Shown here: positions 47,701-55,005 of the stretch, one piece after another
Layout: each line of letters starts with the position of its first letter
How positions within the stretch are numbered: the first letter of the stretch is position 1
Assembly: GCA_002499085.1 (NCBI GenBank)
Contig: DAKD01000027.1
Location: 12,324-76,323, forward strand
DNA from: Methanomassiliicoccales archaeon UBA280
GTDB lineage: Archaea; Thermoplasmatota; Thermoplasmata; SG8-5
Length of the DNA: 64,000 nt
Reading direction: 5' to 3'
Notes under the pieces: model-generated
What the model was told of the DNA's origin: nothing
The model's database searches: none
What the model saw: only the letters and a program-made list of their open reading frames with translations
Translations under genes and position numbers: made by a program

Positions 47701-48762
47701 GGCAACGGAGGCGGAACAGTACAGCTCCAGCGGCGAATAGGTTTGGTCTGGACGACCATGGACCAGACAACCTACCCGGGCGGCATAGCCGCAACCCAGA
47801 CATGGTCCAGGTTCAAGCATGAGGACACGGGAATGCCGGAGGACACAGGCGCGACTGCGGACTGGTACATTTCCGACAATGCATGGCTGGTACCCGAGGG
47901 CCCGACCCCGGCCGCGCCCAATGACAGGAAGAGGCCCATAATGGAAGTCTGGAAAAGCGCCTCTCCGCTGATTGCTGAGCCGGGACAGCTGGTGACGTAC
48001 ACAATATGGTACAACAATACCGGCGACGGGAATGCCAAGGATGTGTGGGTCAATGACACGCTGCCCACCGGAATGGATTATGTCTCGGCAAACCCGACCC
48101 CCGCAAGCGTCTCAGGGCAGGACATTGTCTGGTACTTCAACAATGTCAACCACAACACAGTCAACTCCATCACCCTGACGGCAAGAGTGAGCGCGCTGGC
48201 AGCCGACGGGGACATTCTGGTCAACACTGCAACTCTGGTCTACCATGACGCGCTCAGGAGACCCATGGGCTCGAGCGCGGACACGGCCGATGTCACATGC
48301 TCCAGAGCCGTGATCTCTGTCGAAAAAGTTGCTGATGTCGCCGAGACCGTGGCAGGAGGCACTGTTGTTTACACGATATATTACAACAATACCGGCAGCG
48401 CAAACGCCGGTTCAGTGTGGGTCAACGACACGCTGCCCGCGGGAGTGACTTTCATGTCTGCCAGCATCCCGCCGACTGTTTCCGGCAGCGTCCTGAGTTG
48501 GCATCTGACCGATGTTGCTCCGGGCACGCATTCCATAACTGTGACTGTCGCTGTAAATGCCACGGCAGGAAGCGGAACAATAACCAACTGGGCTTTCCTG
48601 GACTATGCCTCCAACTACGGCACAGCCCTGGGCTCCGGTTCGGACTCCGCAACCGTTATCATCCCGGAGATGGGGCGGCTTGCCGTGCCTCTGCTGGGCA
48701 TCATGCTGATGGCAATTGCAGGAATAGGAAAAGGGAGGAGGAACGATGGAAAGAAAGTATGA
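41794..48762 (+). CDS. giant (2322 aa) bitopic protein: cytoplasmic HhH + 8 zinc ribbons + TPR + N-G repeats; extracellular Ca-binding-like D-rich repeats + 2x[lamin-tail domain + 2 DUF11 repeats]
   Basis: One uninterrupted ORF. Domains in order:
- HhH motifs: LIPKVGRARARSLFNAGF and LLGIPGISQGIAAGI.
- Eight CxxC-N(9-12)-CxxC ribbons, four of them preceded by DGFWYK/R.
- A TPR-like segment.
- An (x)NG repeat tract, followed by RRMRRRRRE and a TM helix.
- D-rich DxDxDG-like repeats.
- Two LTD units: VINEIMPAP..EWIELCNPT and VMNEISVQG..EWVEVCNPT.
- Four DUF11-type units: YTIWYNNTGDGNA..VWVNDT.P.G.
- A C-terminal TM helix followed by KGRRNDGKKV. Confidence 0.85.
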   Translation: MYQTDDDLVELLLIPKVGRARARSLFNAGFKTLDDLARAKPEQLLGIPGISQGIAAGIIESANGMLISKPADERLESKSGIDICPLCGSMVSAGAKVCNGCGVTFSDEVEDLTQELGAREGEEGHDGFWYRDQGKLFICPECGSLVADGSQACPNCGVRFEEGGDEELEPPAPAAGDADGFWYKSGSKISMCPNCGSFLSGDAASCTSCGLVFEAGEEEELEPEKFTCPMCKKDLHPGADRCEGCGFDFSAEKDKDGFWYKEQGGLFMCPNCGAFIPRDAERCSICNSVLEVGEEEDVPQPQAVLCPMCGIPAPAGAGKCASCGFDFSEEKDKDGFWYKDSVALFICPMCGAFMSEAADKCANCGAVFEEDGAEKETARDIVPDMAAKITVEKEADELIEMMEIEEELDAATKSGPRDSQDLPADGETVAPVPASDSLVLCPVCGAFSRSGGTKCPACDAVFDDIEDMELAGVRPARAADAELASEMAAEIREIEAELLEPAKPMKSERGGVSKDFLDRWKRLDGNGGVSGQAGKRSAKPTDAEIEKELGLDGLPRAEDLSSQIDEAELEAGIDEMAGKPKPAGFWIQRARELAAGGQVEEAVACLDRAAETDPDRELEYKRLMLELMGVGYPEAKVDISEIAAIDDIGELKIDRELLSGKTERRLAEIDRELDREPGNSALWQEKGELLEKLGRHEEAVQCFDTSISMTYAELRKETKDAHRHVPQIGIGLTNGQGRVNGRVNGLLIQRGLSRGETNGLADGRTNGRVNGLRVPRGKINGMVNGLSGRVNGLTNGKINGTGLVSGRTNGRTNGRINGTGMINGAGMVNGSRGLINGGLVNGLGLVNGEAMVGGSGVLRRMRRRRRERIMWRYRLTAMALFVTLVLMLSMLGNLMVEEESGAIHIDGSFADWDGVRIYSNFLGAPVSPNLRILETGMVLEEDSVKARVLFEGQPFNAADGAVDSVWAFIDLDGDPATGYILEGMGADLAAEMYGWNGTVMGTNLHRFDGTLNRSDWNGFYNAGSVDCELGGNGLEASLRIPRDMAASVNDPGMLVMTLDSEGNSDVTDYFMSESAGGNAATFRHSGADILTQGTAATLGELTLSAHSANGAEFRSLDFTAEGTFMPDISLIGSDGSEIPVRPSVSGNTLSLEFVHPLVLEYGTAVTLTLEASIPLAAAGTLGLRLDSANATDGARVRNLNSKLHNLGMPEDMTVDGAFGDWAYSPANPDRAGDVISGSGNRDFINSNVDLADARLADDGVSLFFYASVHGVMMGGSEIPTIRSRPGLPGPAGEADSDRDSVPDRLDTLYLDFNNDGIPDSESVMPDDAPDLDGDGIADYPGGPDWWLNTTIPADVEAPYGGSFVSVYIGPVDVSHRENLGDDRAYIMFDTDENPATGSNLRGAPGVEYAVVISGKQNRIMAAELYVSDPSHLPTGWRFVRDVSAATDWTRLEGAVQYSALGLGPGGNFTAYMALEDWNGAGDISDENLGASDLPASPSGTRSPAGDYVVINEIMPAPDTGEWIELCNPTSGPINIGGLRLRIGNRDLIVFPANTILGAFGSGTEYYLATFYGWRDDIPNGGGTVLFQWDSPGPGWTTRDSFTYTAVLAGQSYARLKNSTWGMPLDTDSTADLYASLLPSPGAPNDRTRPIINADKNADAEYGMPGDSVVYTIWYNNTGDGNARHVWVNDTIPTGLTYQSSSLPYASYSGQTYCWYFSHVAPGTHSFTVTATIDAGVPSGTVLTNMVQIQYTDQLSRPMGTTSDTWDVTVQVPPPVITLIKTASYTNPSPGDDVDFTIYYNNTGTGTATNVWLNDTLPAGMTYIAATPVPDSVAGQIIFWHFQSLAPGNYQLTVTAQVGAAVPVGTVMTNTVDCDYTDSSDDPIPGLTASASVTVTDPLSRIVMNEISVQGNDNEWVEVCNPTSTPIDVSGWRIRAGTVTVYTFPAGTILGAWGSGSEYFVADTGGGNDFGNGGGTVQLQRRIGLVWTTMDQTTYPGGIAATQTWSRFKHEDTGMPEDTGATADWYISDNAWLVPEGPTPAAPNDRKRPIMEVWKSASPLIAEPGQLVTYTIWYNNTGDGNAKDVWVNDTLPTGMDYVSANPTPASVSGQDIVWYFNNVNHNTVNSITLTARVSALAADGDILVNTATLVYHDALRRPMGSSADTADVTCSRAVISVEKVADVAETVAGGTVVYTIYYNNTGSANAGSVWVNDTLPAGVTFMSASIPPTVSGSVLSWHLTDVAPGTHSITVTVAVNATAGSGTITNWAFLDYASNYGTALGSGSDSATVIIPEMGRLAVPLLGIMLMAIAGIGKGRRNDGKKV

Positions 48763-48947
48763 GCACAGGACAAGGAGCAGGACAGGATGGATGTGGGTTG
48801 CCTTTGAGGGGGCCCTATCCAACCTTCCGATACTGGTATGCGGGTTCGCCGTTGCACTAGCCCTTGTCAACGATGTGTTCGGAAGCTGATTGCTGCACTG
48901 ATGCCGAGATGGCGCCGAGGCAGAGCCAGGGTTAAGCCGATGGCAGT

Positions 48948-50087
48948 TTACATTATCTTGGCCAATGCATTTTCGGCCCTCTCGGCCATGGGTGCGGAGC
49001 CTGCGGCCCTGAATGATTTAACCGCGTCTTTCAGATGGACTGCCGCTTCTTCTTTCTTGTTCTGCTTCGACAGGCATTCGCCGTATGCCAGCGCCATCAG
49101 CCCGGTGTCGAACGGTATTCCCAACGAGACCATCTTCAGGAGGGCGGCCAAGTAATTCTCGCTTGCCTTGCCGAGATTTTCTTCGTTTTCGTGAATCAAG
49201 CCCCAGGCGAATTTCACCATGGCCTGGAGATATTCGTCCTGTATCCCGGCGGCATTGTCCTCTGCCATGGTGATGAATGTCCTCGCTTCCAGGTTCCGGC
49301 CTTCCCTTATGTGGCATTCTGCGAGATTTGTCAGGAGGTAGGACATGTTCCTCCGCACGCCCTTTCCCGTTGTGAGCCTCAGGCCTTCGTTGAAGCATTC
49401 TATGGCCTTGGAATACTTGCCCATCACCTTGTGTGTCTCGCCGGTGTTGTTGAGGACCCTGGTGGCTTCTATGACGTTTCCGGCCTTGGTGTAATGCTTA
49501 AGAGCTGCCTCGTTCGAGGTTATAGACAGTTGGTAATTGCCCAAATCGAAGGCCGCGGTGCCGATGAGGGCCTGGGCTGCGCCCATTATGTCATCGTCTT
49601 CCGACTCCTCGGCGATTGCGAGGGCCTTTCTCGCGTTCAGTATGGCCTGGTCGCCCATTCCCTTTCTCCAGAATATTATGCCCTTGCCTATCATGGCCTT
49701 GGCCATCATGGGATGCCTGTATCTGTGGCCAAGATGGGTTATGGCCTGGTCGAATTTTTTTTGTGCCAGGTCCCATTTGCCTTTCTTGGACAGGATGGTG
49801 CCGGAGTTTATCAGGGCCTCGCCCATGAAGCCGACAAGATTGTTCCGAGTGGCGGTCTGAAGCACATTGTCCAGGAACATCAGGGCGTCAACCCATTGCC
49901 CGGTTATGTGATTCACCTCGGCCAACTTCATCATGATGTCCAGCCTCTGCTTGATGTCGCCGGGAGCGGTTTTCTCCGCCATATCGAGCGCGTCCCTGAG
50001 AATGTAGTGGGCACGGTCGTAATCTCCCTTGGCTGTGCTCAGGTCGGCCAGCGCGAGAAGGGACATGACATCGGTTTGGAGGGACAT
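48948..50087 (-). CDS. TPR-repeat protein
   Basis: 379 aa made of consecutive 34-40-aa helical repeats with the A/G/Y/L TPR pattern (..YSKAIECFNEGLRL.., ..LGKASENYLAALLK..). TATA-like ATTATATATC lies about 30 nt upstream on the minus strand. Confidence 0.8.
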   Translation of the reverse strand: MSLQTDVMSLLALADLSTAKGDYDRAHYILRDALDMAEKTAPGDIKQRLDIMMKLAEVNHITGQWVDALMFLDNVLQTATRNNLVGFMGEALINSGTILSKKGKWDLAQKKFDQAITHLGHRYRHPMMAKAMIGKGIIFWRKGMGDQAILNARKALAIAEESEDDDIMGAAQALIGTAAFDLGNYQLSITSNEAALKHYTKAGNVIEATRVLNNTGETHKVMGKYSKAIECFNEGLRLTTGKGVRRNMSYLLTNLAECHIREGRNLEARTFITMAEDNAAGIQDEYLQAMVKFAWGLIHENEENLGKASENYLAALLKMVSLGIPFDTGLMALAYGECLSKQNKKEEAAVHLKDAVKSFRAAGSAPMAERAENALAKIM

Positions 50088-50174
50088 TGCTTGGGAATAA
50101 TCCCAATGATATATAATGGTTTGAGACAGATGCGGTGTAGTTGTGCATGATGGGCTATGATTTCTGGCTCTTCC

Positions 50175-50277
50175 GGCGCGGGCTGGGCGGTTGGCGGGAT
50201 TTGTAGGGGAGGCGCGCGGGGCGGTTGTAGGGATTTGTGGGGGAGGCGCGCGGGGCGGTTGGCGGGATTTGGGGGTG
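50175..50277. repeat. three tandem G-rich ~34-bp repeats (GGCGCGCGGGGCGGTTG[TA/GC]GGGATTTG[T]GGGGGA)
   Basis: Read directly. The units are 50175-50210, 50211-50244 and 50245-50277. They lie upstream of the TPR gene start. Confidence 0.85.
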
Positions 50278-50736
50278 TTGTGTTATTCGAAGGATGAAAA
50301 AACGTAATCAATGCAAGAGCTTACAGATTGATGGCGATTGCTTCACAACATTTCGCAGAGAGGCGCAATCGCCGGTTGCGACGAATTTGATCGATTGTCG
50401 CCAAAGAAATTCGTCTTACCTCCCTTCCCCCGGTGTGAGTGAAATTGCTCTGATTTGTAACTGATTCAAAAAAGGAAGGGAGGGCTAGCCTTGTCAGAAG
50501 GGATGGGATGCACTCTAACAACTAGCCCAAAATCCCCCAATTGCCTATATAAATAGGAGTATATAAATACCTTTTGAGTAAGATTTATATATAAGGTATC
50601 GAAATTATTAACGACCGGCTGACAGTTTTTCACTATAATCATATAAAAGAATTATTCCCTGGTCTGATAAATTGATTAATATATATTTTTCACATATATA
50701 AATAATTGATATTTGGTTTTCGCGCCGTGCGGATGC

Positions 50737-51618
50737 TCAGAGATAGCCCGATGTCTGCAGGAGCATTATGTCCTCCGTGCTCAGCTTTTCGCCTCTCTTG
50801 AACTTCTCGTATATGTCCTTGGCCTCGTCGCGCTCGCTCTTCTGCTCGCGCGGCGCTGCCGCATCCTCTTCTGTCGGGGGCGTATCCCTGTGCCTGAGGC
50901 CTGAGAGCATCTTGTCGTAGTCGTGGACCTGCTTTATCATCTCTATGTGCTTCTGATGTTCCTCGTCGGCCTGGACCTTGCATTTTATGAAGCTGTCCTG
51001 GGCCTTGTCCGCCTCCTTTCTTATGGCGTCGGAGCGGTCGTAAATCTCCATCATGCTGTCATGCTCTTTCTGGGACTGAACCGCCAACTCCTCGACCTTC
51101 GCATGGAAGTATTCGGCCTTGTCCCTGGCCTCGTTCGCTTCCGCAATCAGCGCCTTTATCTCCTCATCGCCCTCGAGCTCCTTCTCCAAGGCCTGTATCT
51201 CCGCGTTGAGGGCGCGCATCTGGTCTATCAAGTCCTTCTCCTTGCTCGGGCTCAGCGAGGATGTCTGCTGCTGGAATTCCAGGTCCTTGAGTTTCTTCTT
51301 CAGAAGCCTTATCGGAGGGCCCTTGCGGGGTTCCTTGTCGCGTTTCTTTCTTGCAAGGACCTCGGCTGTTTCGTTGACCCTCCTGTTCCACAGGTCGCGC
51401 TGCACCTTGATGTCCCTGACTTCCTGATTGAGCTGGTTCCGCTTGGCCTTGTGGACGTTGGCCTGGTCAATGTGCTCCCTGGCCTGGGCGTTCAGGTCGT
51501 CCCTCTTCCTGACCCACTCCTTTGTCTGCTCGTTCAGCCTGTCCCTGTGGTGGCGGTGCTTCTCCGCCTCGGCGTTGTGACGCTCGCGCTTCTCCATCAG
51601 TTCCTCAATCAGATCCAT
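50737..51618 (-). CDS. conserved archaeal coiled-coil protein (COG1340-like)
   Basis: 293 aa of charged, heptad-rich sequence ending ...IYEKFKRGEKLSTEDIMLLQ. The assignment to the archaeal coiled-coil family is from memory of that pattern. Confidence 0.6.
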   Translation of the reverse strand: MDLIEELMEKRERHNAEAEKHRHHRDRLNEQTKEWVRKRDDLNAQAREHIDQANVHKAKRNQLNQEVRDIKVQRDLWNRRVNETAEVLARKKRDKEPRKGPPIRLLKKKLKDLEFQQQTSSLSPSKEKDLIDQMRALNAEIQALEKELEGDEEIKALIAEANEARDKAEYFHAKVEELAVQSQKEHDSMMEIYDRSDAIRKEADKAQDSFIKCKVQADEEHQKHIEMIKQVHDYDKMLSGLRHRDTPPTEEDAAAPREQKSERDEAKDIYEKFKRGEKLSTEDIMLLQTSGYL

Positions 51619-51759
51619 CGGACACCAATGCCGTAAATATGCTGGCGCTTCGTCTAATAGAAGATTGCCTTATTAAGCCTTTCGGATTTTTCTCTCCGTC
51701 GGAATTTTCAGTTCCCGACCGGTATGGGGCCCATTTCCCAGTATTGACTGTCGTCCCCT

Positions 51760-52170
51760 CCGAACGCCCGCAGGGCTTCGGTTGAAGAGAAAACCCAACG
51801 TCCGAAGGACTTGGGATGGAGAGTAAACTACCAGCCCCTGAAGGTAGTGGCGAATTCATTATAATCGGTGAAATTCGCCCTATCTCCAGTCTTCCTTCGG
51901 AAGCCTGAAGAGGCAGGCGTTTGGAGCAACGATATTCGCTGCGACTTAGCCGAATTTTGAATTCGGCGATAGTTGCCAGGGCTGGAAGTTTACCATGGGT
52001 TAGTTATATGCCGAATCAGAGATTCGGCAAACCCATTTTGAAATGTCAAAATGGAGCATACCTATTTTATCGAAGCCTGGGAGCTTCGATTCATTTTGAT
52101 TATATATTCACGGTATGCAACGGTGGATTGACTACTGCCCATGCCGATTCATCTCAGCCCTGAAGGGCTG
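51760..52170. ncRNA. candidate structured RNA / hairpin array (unclassified)
   Basis: At least nine stable hairpins lie in a 570-bp non-coding gap: 51760-51781, 51794-51815, 51828-51847, 51849-51879, 51891-51903, 51949-51967, 52010-52028, 52033-52054 and 52069-90. A tenth lies at 52155-52170. There is no convincing ORF. I could not recognise a known RNA family. Confidence 0.3.
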
Positions 52171-52191
52171 AAGGTTCTCGGCATCTTTACA

Positions 52192-53499
52192 CTAAATCAG
52201 ATGGAACCTGTCATATGCGGGATGGCCGCTGTGGAAGCAGTACTGTATGGTTTTGAAATCCCTCTTCAGCTTTATGACGTCCTGCTTGACTTTGTCTGTC
52301 GGCTCCTTCCTTACTATGGCCCTGACGATGAGGTCAGCAACCTCAGCCATGTGCGATTCTTTCATGCCCAGCCTTGTGAGTTCCTGGGAGCCGAGCCTTA
52401 TGCCGCTCGGGCTCTTGGGCTTGGTGTCTCTGGGCAGCATGTTCATGTTGGCTATGATGTTAGAATCCTCCAGAAGCTGGGAGCAGGGAGAGCCGCCGCC
52501 GTGCTCCTCCACATCTATCGCAATAATGTGGGATGCGGTGAACCCTTTGTGCTCGCAGAGGACCTTGATGCTGCGCTCGTGAAGGGCCTGGCCCAGGGCC
52601 TTGGAGTTCCTGATTACCTGATCGGCATACTGGGCACCGAACTCGATGTGTTCGGCCAGGGATATCCCGAGCGATGCCATGGCATGAAGGTGGTGGTTGC
52701 TCGTGACGCCCGGGAATATGCCCGCGTAAAGAGATTTGGCCATCTTGTCGTCCCGCGGGTTGGCCACCAGTATTCCGTGCTGCGGGCCCGGGAATGTCTT
52801 GTGCGTGCTGCCTGTTATGACTTCTACCCCTTCCCTCAGCGGGTCCTGGAACTTGCCGCCGGCTATGAGCCCGAGGACGTGAGCGCCGTCGTACCAGACA
52901 TAACAGCCCACTTCGTCGAGCGCGTCTTTCAGCTCCTTGATCGGAGAGGGGAAGAGAAACACAGACTGGCCGAAAAGCGCTATTTTCGGTTTGACTTCAA
53001 GTATTGTGCGCCTCGCGGCATCCACATCTATATTCATCTCGTGCGTGTCGAACGGGTAAGTGTGGCTGACCAGGCCCCTCAGGCCGACCGCGCCGAACTT
53101 CGCGGTGCTGATATGCGCACCGTCTGACAGCGCGCAGTGCGTTATCGGGTCGCCGTACTTTCCCAAAGCCTTCAGGACCCCGAGGTTGGCAACAGTCCCG
53201 GATGTCGGGCGTACGTCCGCGTGTGTGCACTTGAAAAGCTTCTTGGCCAGGTCCATGACCCTGGTCTCCACCTTGTCGACGTAGATGTTTCCGTGATAAT
53301 ATCTCTCGCCCGGAAGGCCCTCGGCATAACGGTCGCAGAAATCCGAGACCAGCATCTCCCTTGCGAGCGGACTGATAAGGTTCTCCGAGGCTATCATGGG
53401 CAATGAGTCCCCGAACCATTCGTGATGCCTGTCTATCTGCTCGACGATGTAATCGGCTTCCTTCCTCATGTCACTCAAGGTTTCACCGCAGGGGACCAT
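52192..53499 (-). CDS. glyA: serine hydroxymethyltransferase
   Basis: Supporting motifs: LPMIASENLISP, YAEGLPGERYYHG, and the PLP-lysine context GSTHKTFPGPQHG. Confidence 0.9.
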   Translation of the reverse strand: MVPCGETLSDMRKEADYIVEQIDRHHEWFGDSLPMIASENLISPLAREMLVSDFCDRYAEGLPGERYYHGNIYVDKVETRVMDLAKKLFKCTHADVRPTSGTVANLGVLKALGKYGDPITHCALSDGAHISTAKFGAVGLRGLVSHTYPFDTHEMNIDVDAARRTILEVKPKIALFGQSVFLFPSPIKELKDALDEVGCYVWYDGAHVLGLIAGGKFQDPLREGVEVITGSTHKTFPGPQHGILVANPRDDKMAKSLYAGIFPGVTSNHHLHAMASLGISLAEHIEFGAQYADQVIRNSKALGQALHERSIKVLCEHKGFTASHIIAIDVEEHGGGSPCSQLLEDSNIIANMNMLPRDTKPKSPSGIRLGSQELTRLGMKESHMAEVADLIVRAIVRKEPTDKVKQDVIKLKRDFKTIQYCFHSGHPAYDRFHLI

Positions 53500-53621
53500 G
53501 TTTTCTGGAAGTATATATCTTTCTCATGGCGGTTTCCTTGCCCCGGTGCCAGGCCTATTATATTTTTGTTCGGGTATAAAAAGCATAGCCTTTTATCCAT
53601 GACGGATATTTCCGGTCCGGG

Positions 53622-54977
53622 ATGTCTCTAACGACCGCGTCAGCCGACGCTACGCCCGAAAGGAAGGCCCTGTGGTTTTACTCGTATTTACCCACGAACA
53701 TGGCGGGCGGATGCTTCGACTCGCTGTTGCCCATATTCATCGTACTGGCTCTCGGAGGCACAGTCGGGGATGTGGCCGCGGTGTCTGTGGCCGCGTCCTT
53801 CGCTGCCGTTCCGTCCCTCATATTCTGGGGCAGGGTATCTGACTCGATGAAATGGAGAAAGCATTTCGTCGTCATGGGTTTTCTGGGAAGGTCCATAGCG
53901 TACACTATAATGGGTTTCTCCGTCAGCACGGGGGACCTGCTGTTCGCAAACATAGTCATGGGCCTACTGGCATCGGCAAGCACGCCGGCGATGAGCATAC
54001 TGATCCTGGAATCGTTCGACAGGAGGGTGTGGTCAGAGAAGATCGGCCTTTTCAACCGGGTCGCCGGAATCGGCAACATAGCAGGCATAGCTCTCGGTTC
54101 ACTGTGGATAGCCTTCTCTCCCGGGCTATTCGGTGTGGAGGTCTCACTGAGACTGCTTTTCCTCATCAATGCCCTGCTCGCGCTTGTGGGTTCATGGCTG
54201 GCATTTGCCCTTATCCTTGAGCCGGGCGAGAAGCTGTCGAGGGAAACATTCTACGAGCATATTCTCCAGATAATACGATGGACCCATGACAGGAGCCGTT
54301 ACCTTCCCGACAAGATACACCATTTCTTCTCCTGGAAGCACCTAAGCCGAGTATTTGAGCCCGGGTCCAGCGGCAAAAGCTATATGTCCTGGTTCCTGGC
54401 ATCTACGTTCATATACAATATCGGGGCCGTGGGATTCTTCACCATAGCGCCAGTTTATCTTCTCGATGAGCTCGATATGGACGGAGCCACGGTCTTCGGC
54501 CTTGCCTTGATCCAGGCCATAGCGTCAACTCTCCTCTTCAAATATTTCGGAAGGTTCTCGGACAGGGGTGACAAGCCCAAGCTGCTGTTCTTCTCCAAGG
54601 TTGCCAGGGTGGGCATATTCGCCATGTATATTTTCACCGCACCGATACTGGCAGCTAGTTTTGCGGTCGCCGTGGCTTTCCTTGTGGCGCTGCATGTTGC
54701 CATCGGCATAACCTGGGCCATCATTGCGGATACGCAGCTTCCCATCGCCGTGAGCGCGGGCCCGGACGAGCGCAAGGGTTCGCATGCGGGGGTGTTCAAT
54801 GCGGCCGTGGGCCTGGGTGCGATCGCCGGCGGAGCCTTCGGCGGGATATCCGCAATCGGTATAGGCTTTGTGCCCTCGATAGTTACCTGTGCATTGATTG
54901 TGGGCGCGAGCGGCATAATTCTCAGGACAAAGGTCAGAACTGGCAAAGGAACCGGACCTGTGAATGAAAGTGCATGA
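53622..54977 (+). CDS. MFS-type transporter
   Basis: 451 aa with about 12 hydrophobic helices. The loop 2-3 motif is MFS-like (GRVSDSMKWRKHF). Confidence 0.7.
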   Translation: MSLTTASADATPERKALWFYSYLPTNMAGGCFDSLLPIFIVLALGGTVGDVAAVSVAASFAAVPSLIFWGRVSDSMKWRKHFVVMGFLGRSIAYTIMGFSVSTGDLLFANIVMGLLASASTPAMSILILESFDRRVWSEKIGLFNRVAGIGNIAGIALGSLWIAFSPGLFGVEVSLRLLFLINALLALVGSWLAFALILEPGEKLSRETFYEHILQIIRWTHDRSRYLPDKIHHFFSWKHLSRVFEPGSSGKSYMSWFLASTFIYNIGAVGFFTIAPVYLLDELDMDGATVFGLALIQAIASTLLFKYFGRFSDRGDKPKLLFFSKVARVGIFAMYIFTAPILAASFAVAVAFLVALHVAIGITWAIIADTQLPIAVSAGPDERKGSHAGVFNAAVGLGAIAGGAFGGISAIGIGFVPSIVTCALIVGASGIILRTKVRTGKGTGPVNESA

Positions 54978-55005
54978 ACCGGCCCGGGGGTTTGCGTTTT
55001 GAAAC

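Noticed and set aside
49035-50150. 371-aa plus-strand ORF
   Set aside because: It is antisense to the TPR gene, which has a clear repeat pattern and an upstream TATA box.
50175-50277. Possible CRISPR array
   Set aside because: The repeats are directly tandem with no unique spacers. There are only three copies, and no cas genes occur in the window.
51619-52191. Identification of the hairpin-rich gap as RNase P RNA, SRP RNA or a C/D-box sRNA
   Set aside because: I could not find the conserved strings of any of these on either strand: GGAAAGTCC and ACAGAA-type CR regions, the SRP helix-8 motif, or TGATGA/CTGA boxes. It is kept only as an unclassified candidate.
52141-53127. 328-aa plus-strand ORF
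   Set aside because: It is antisense to glyA, which has SHMT motifs including the PLP-lysine context.
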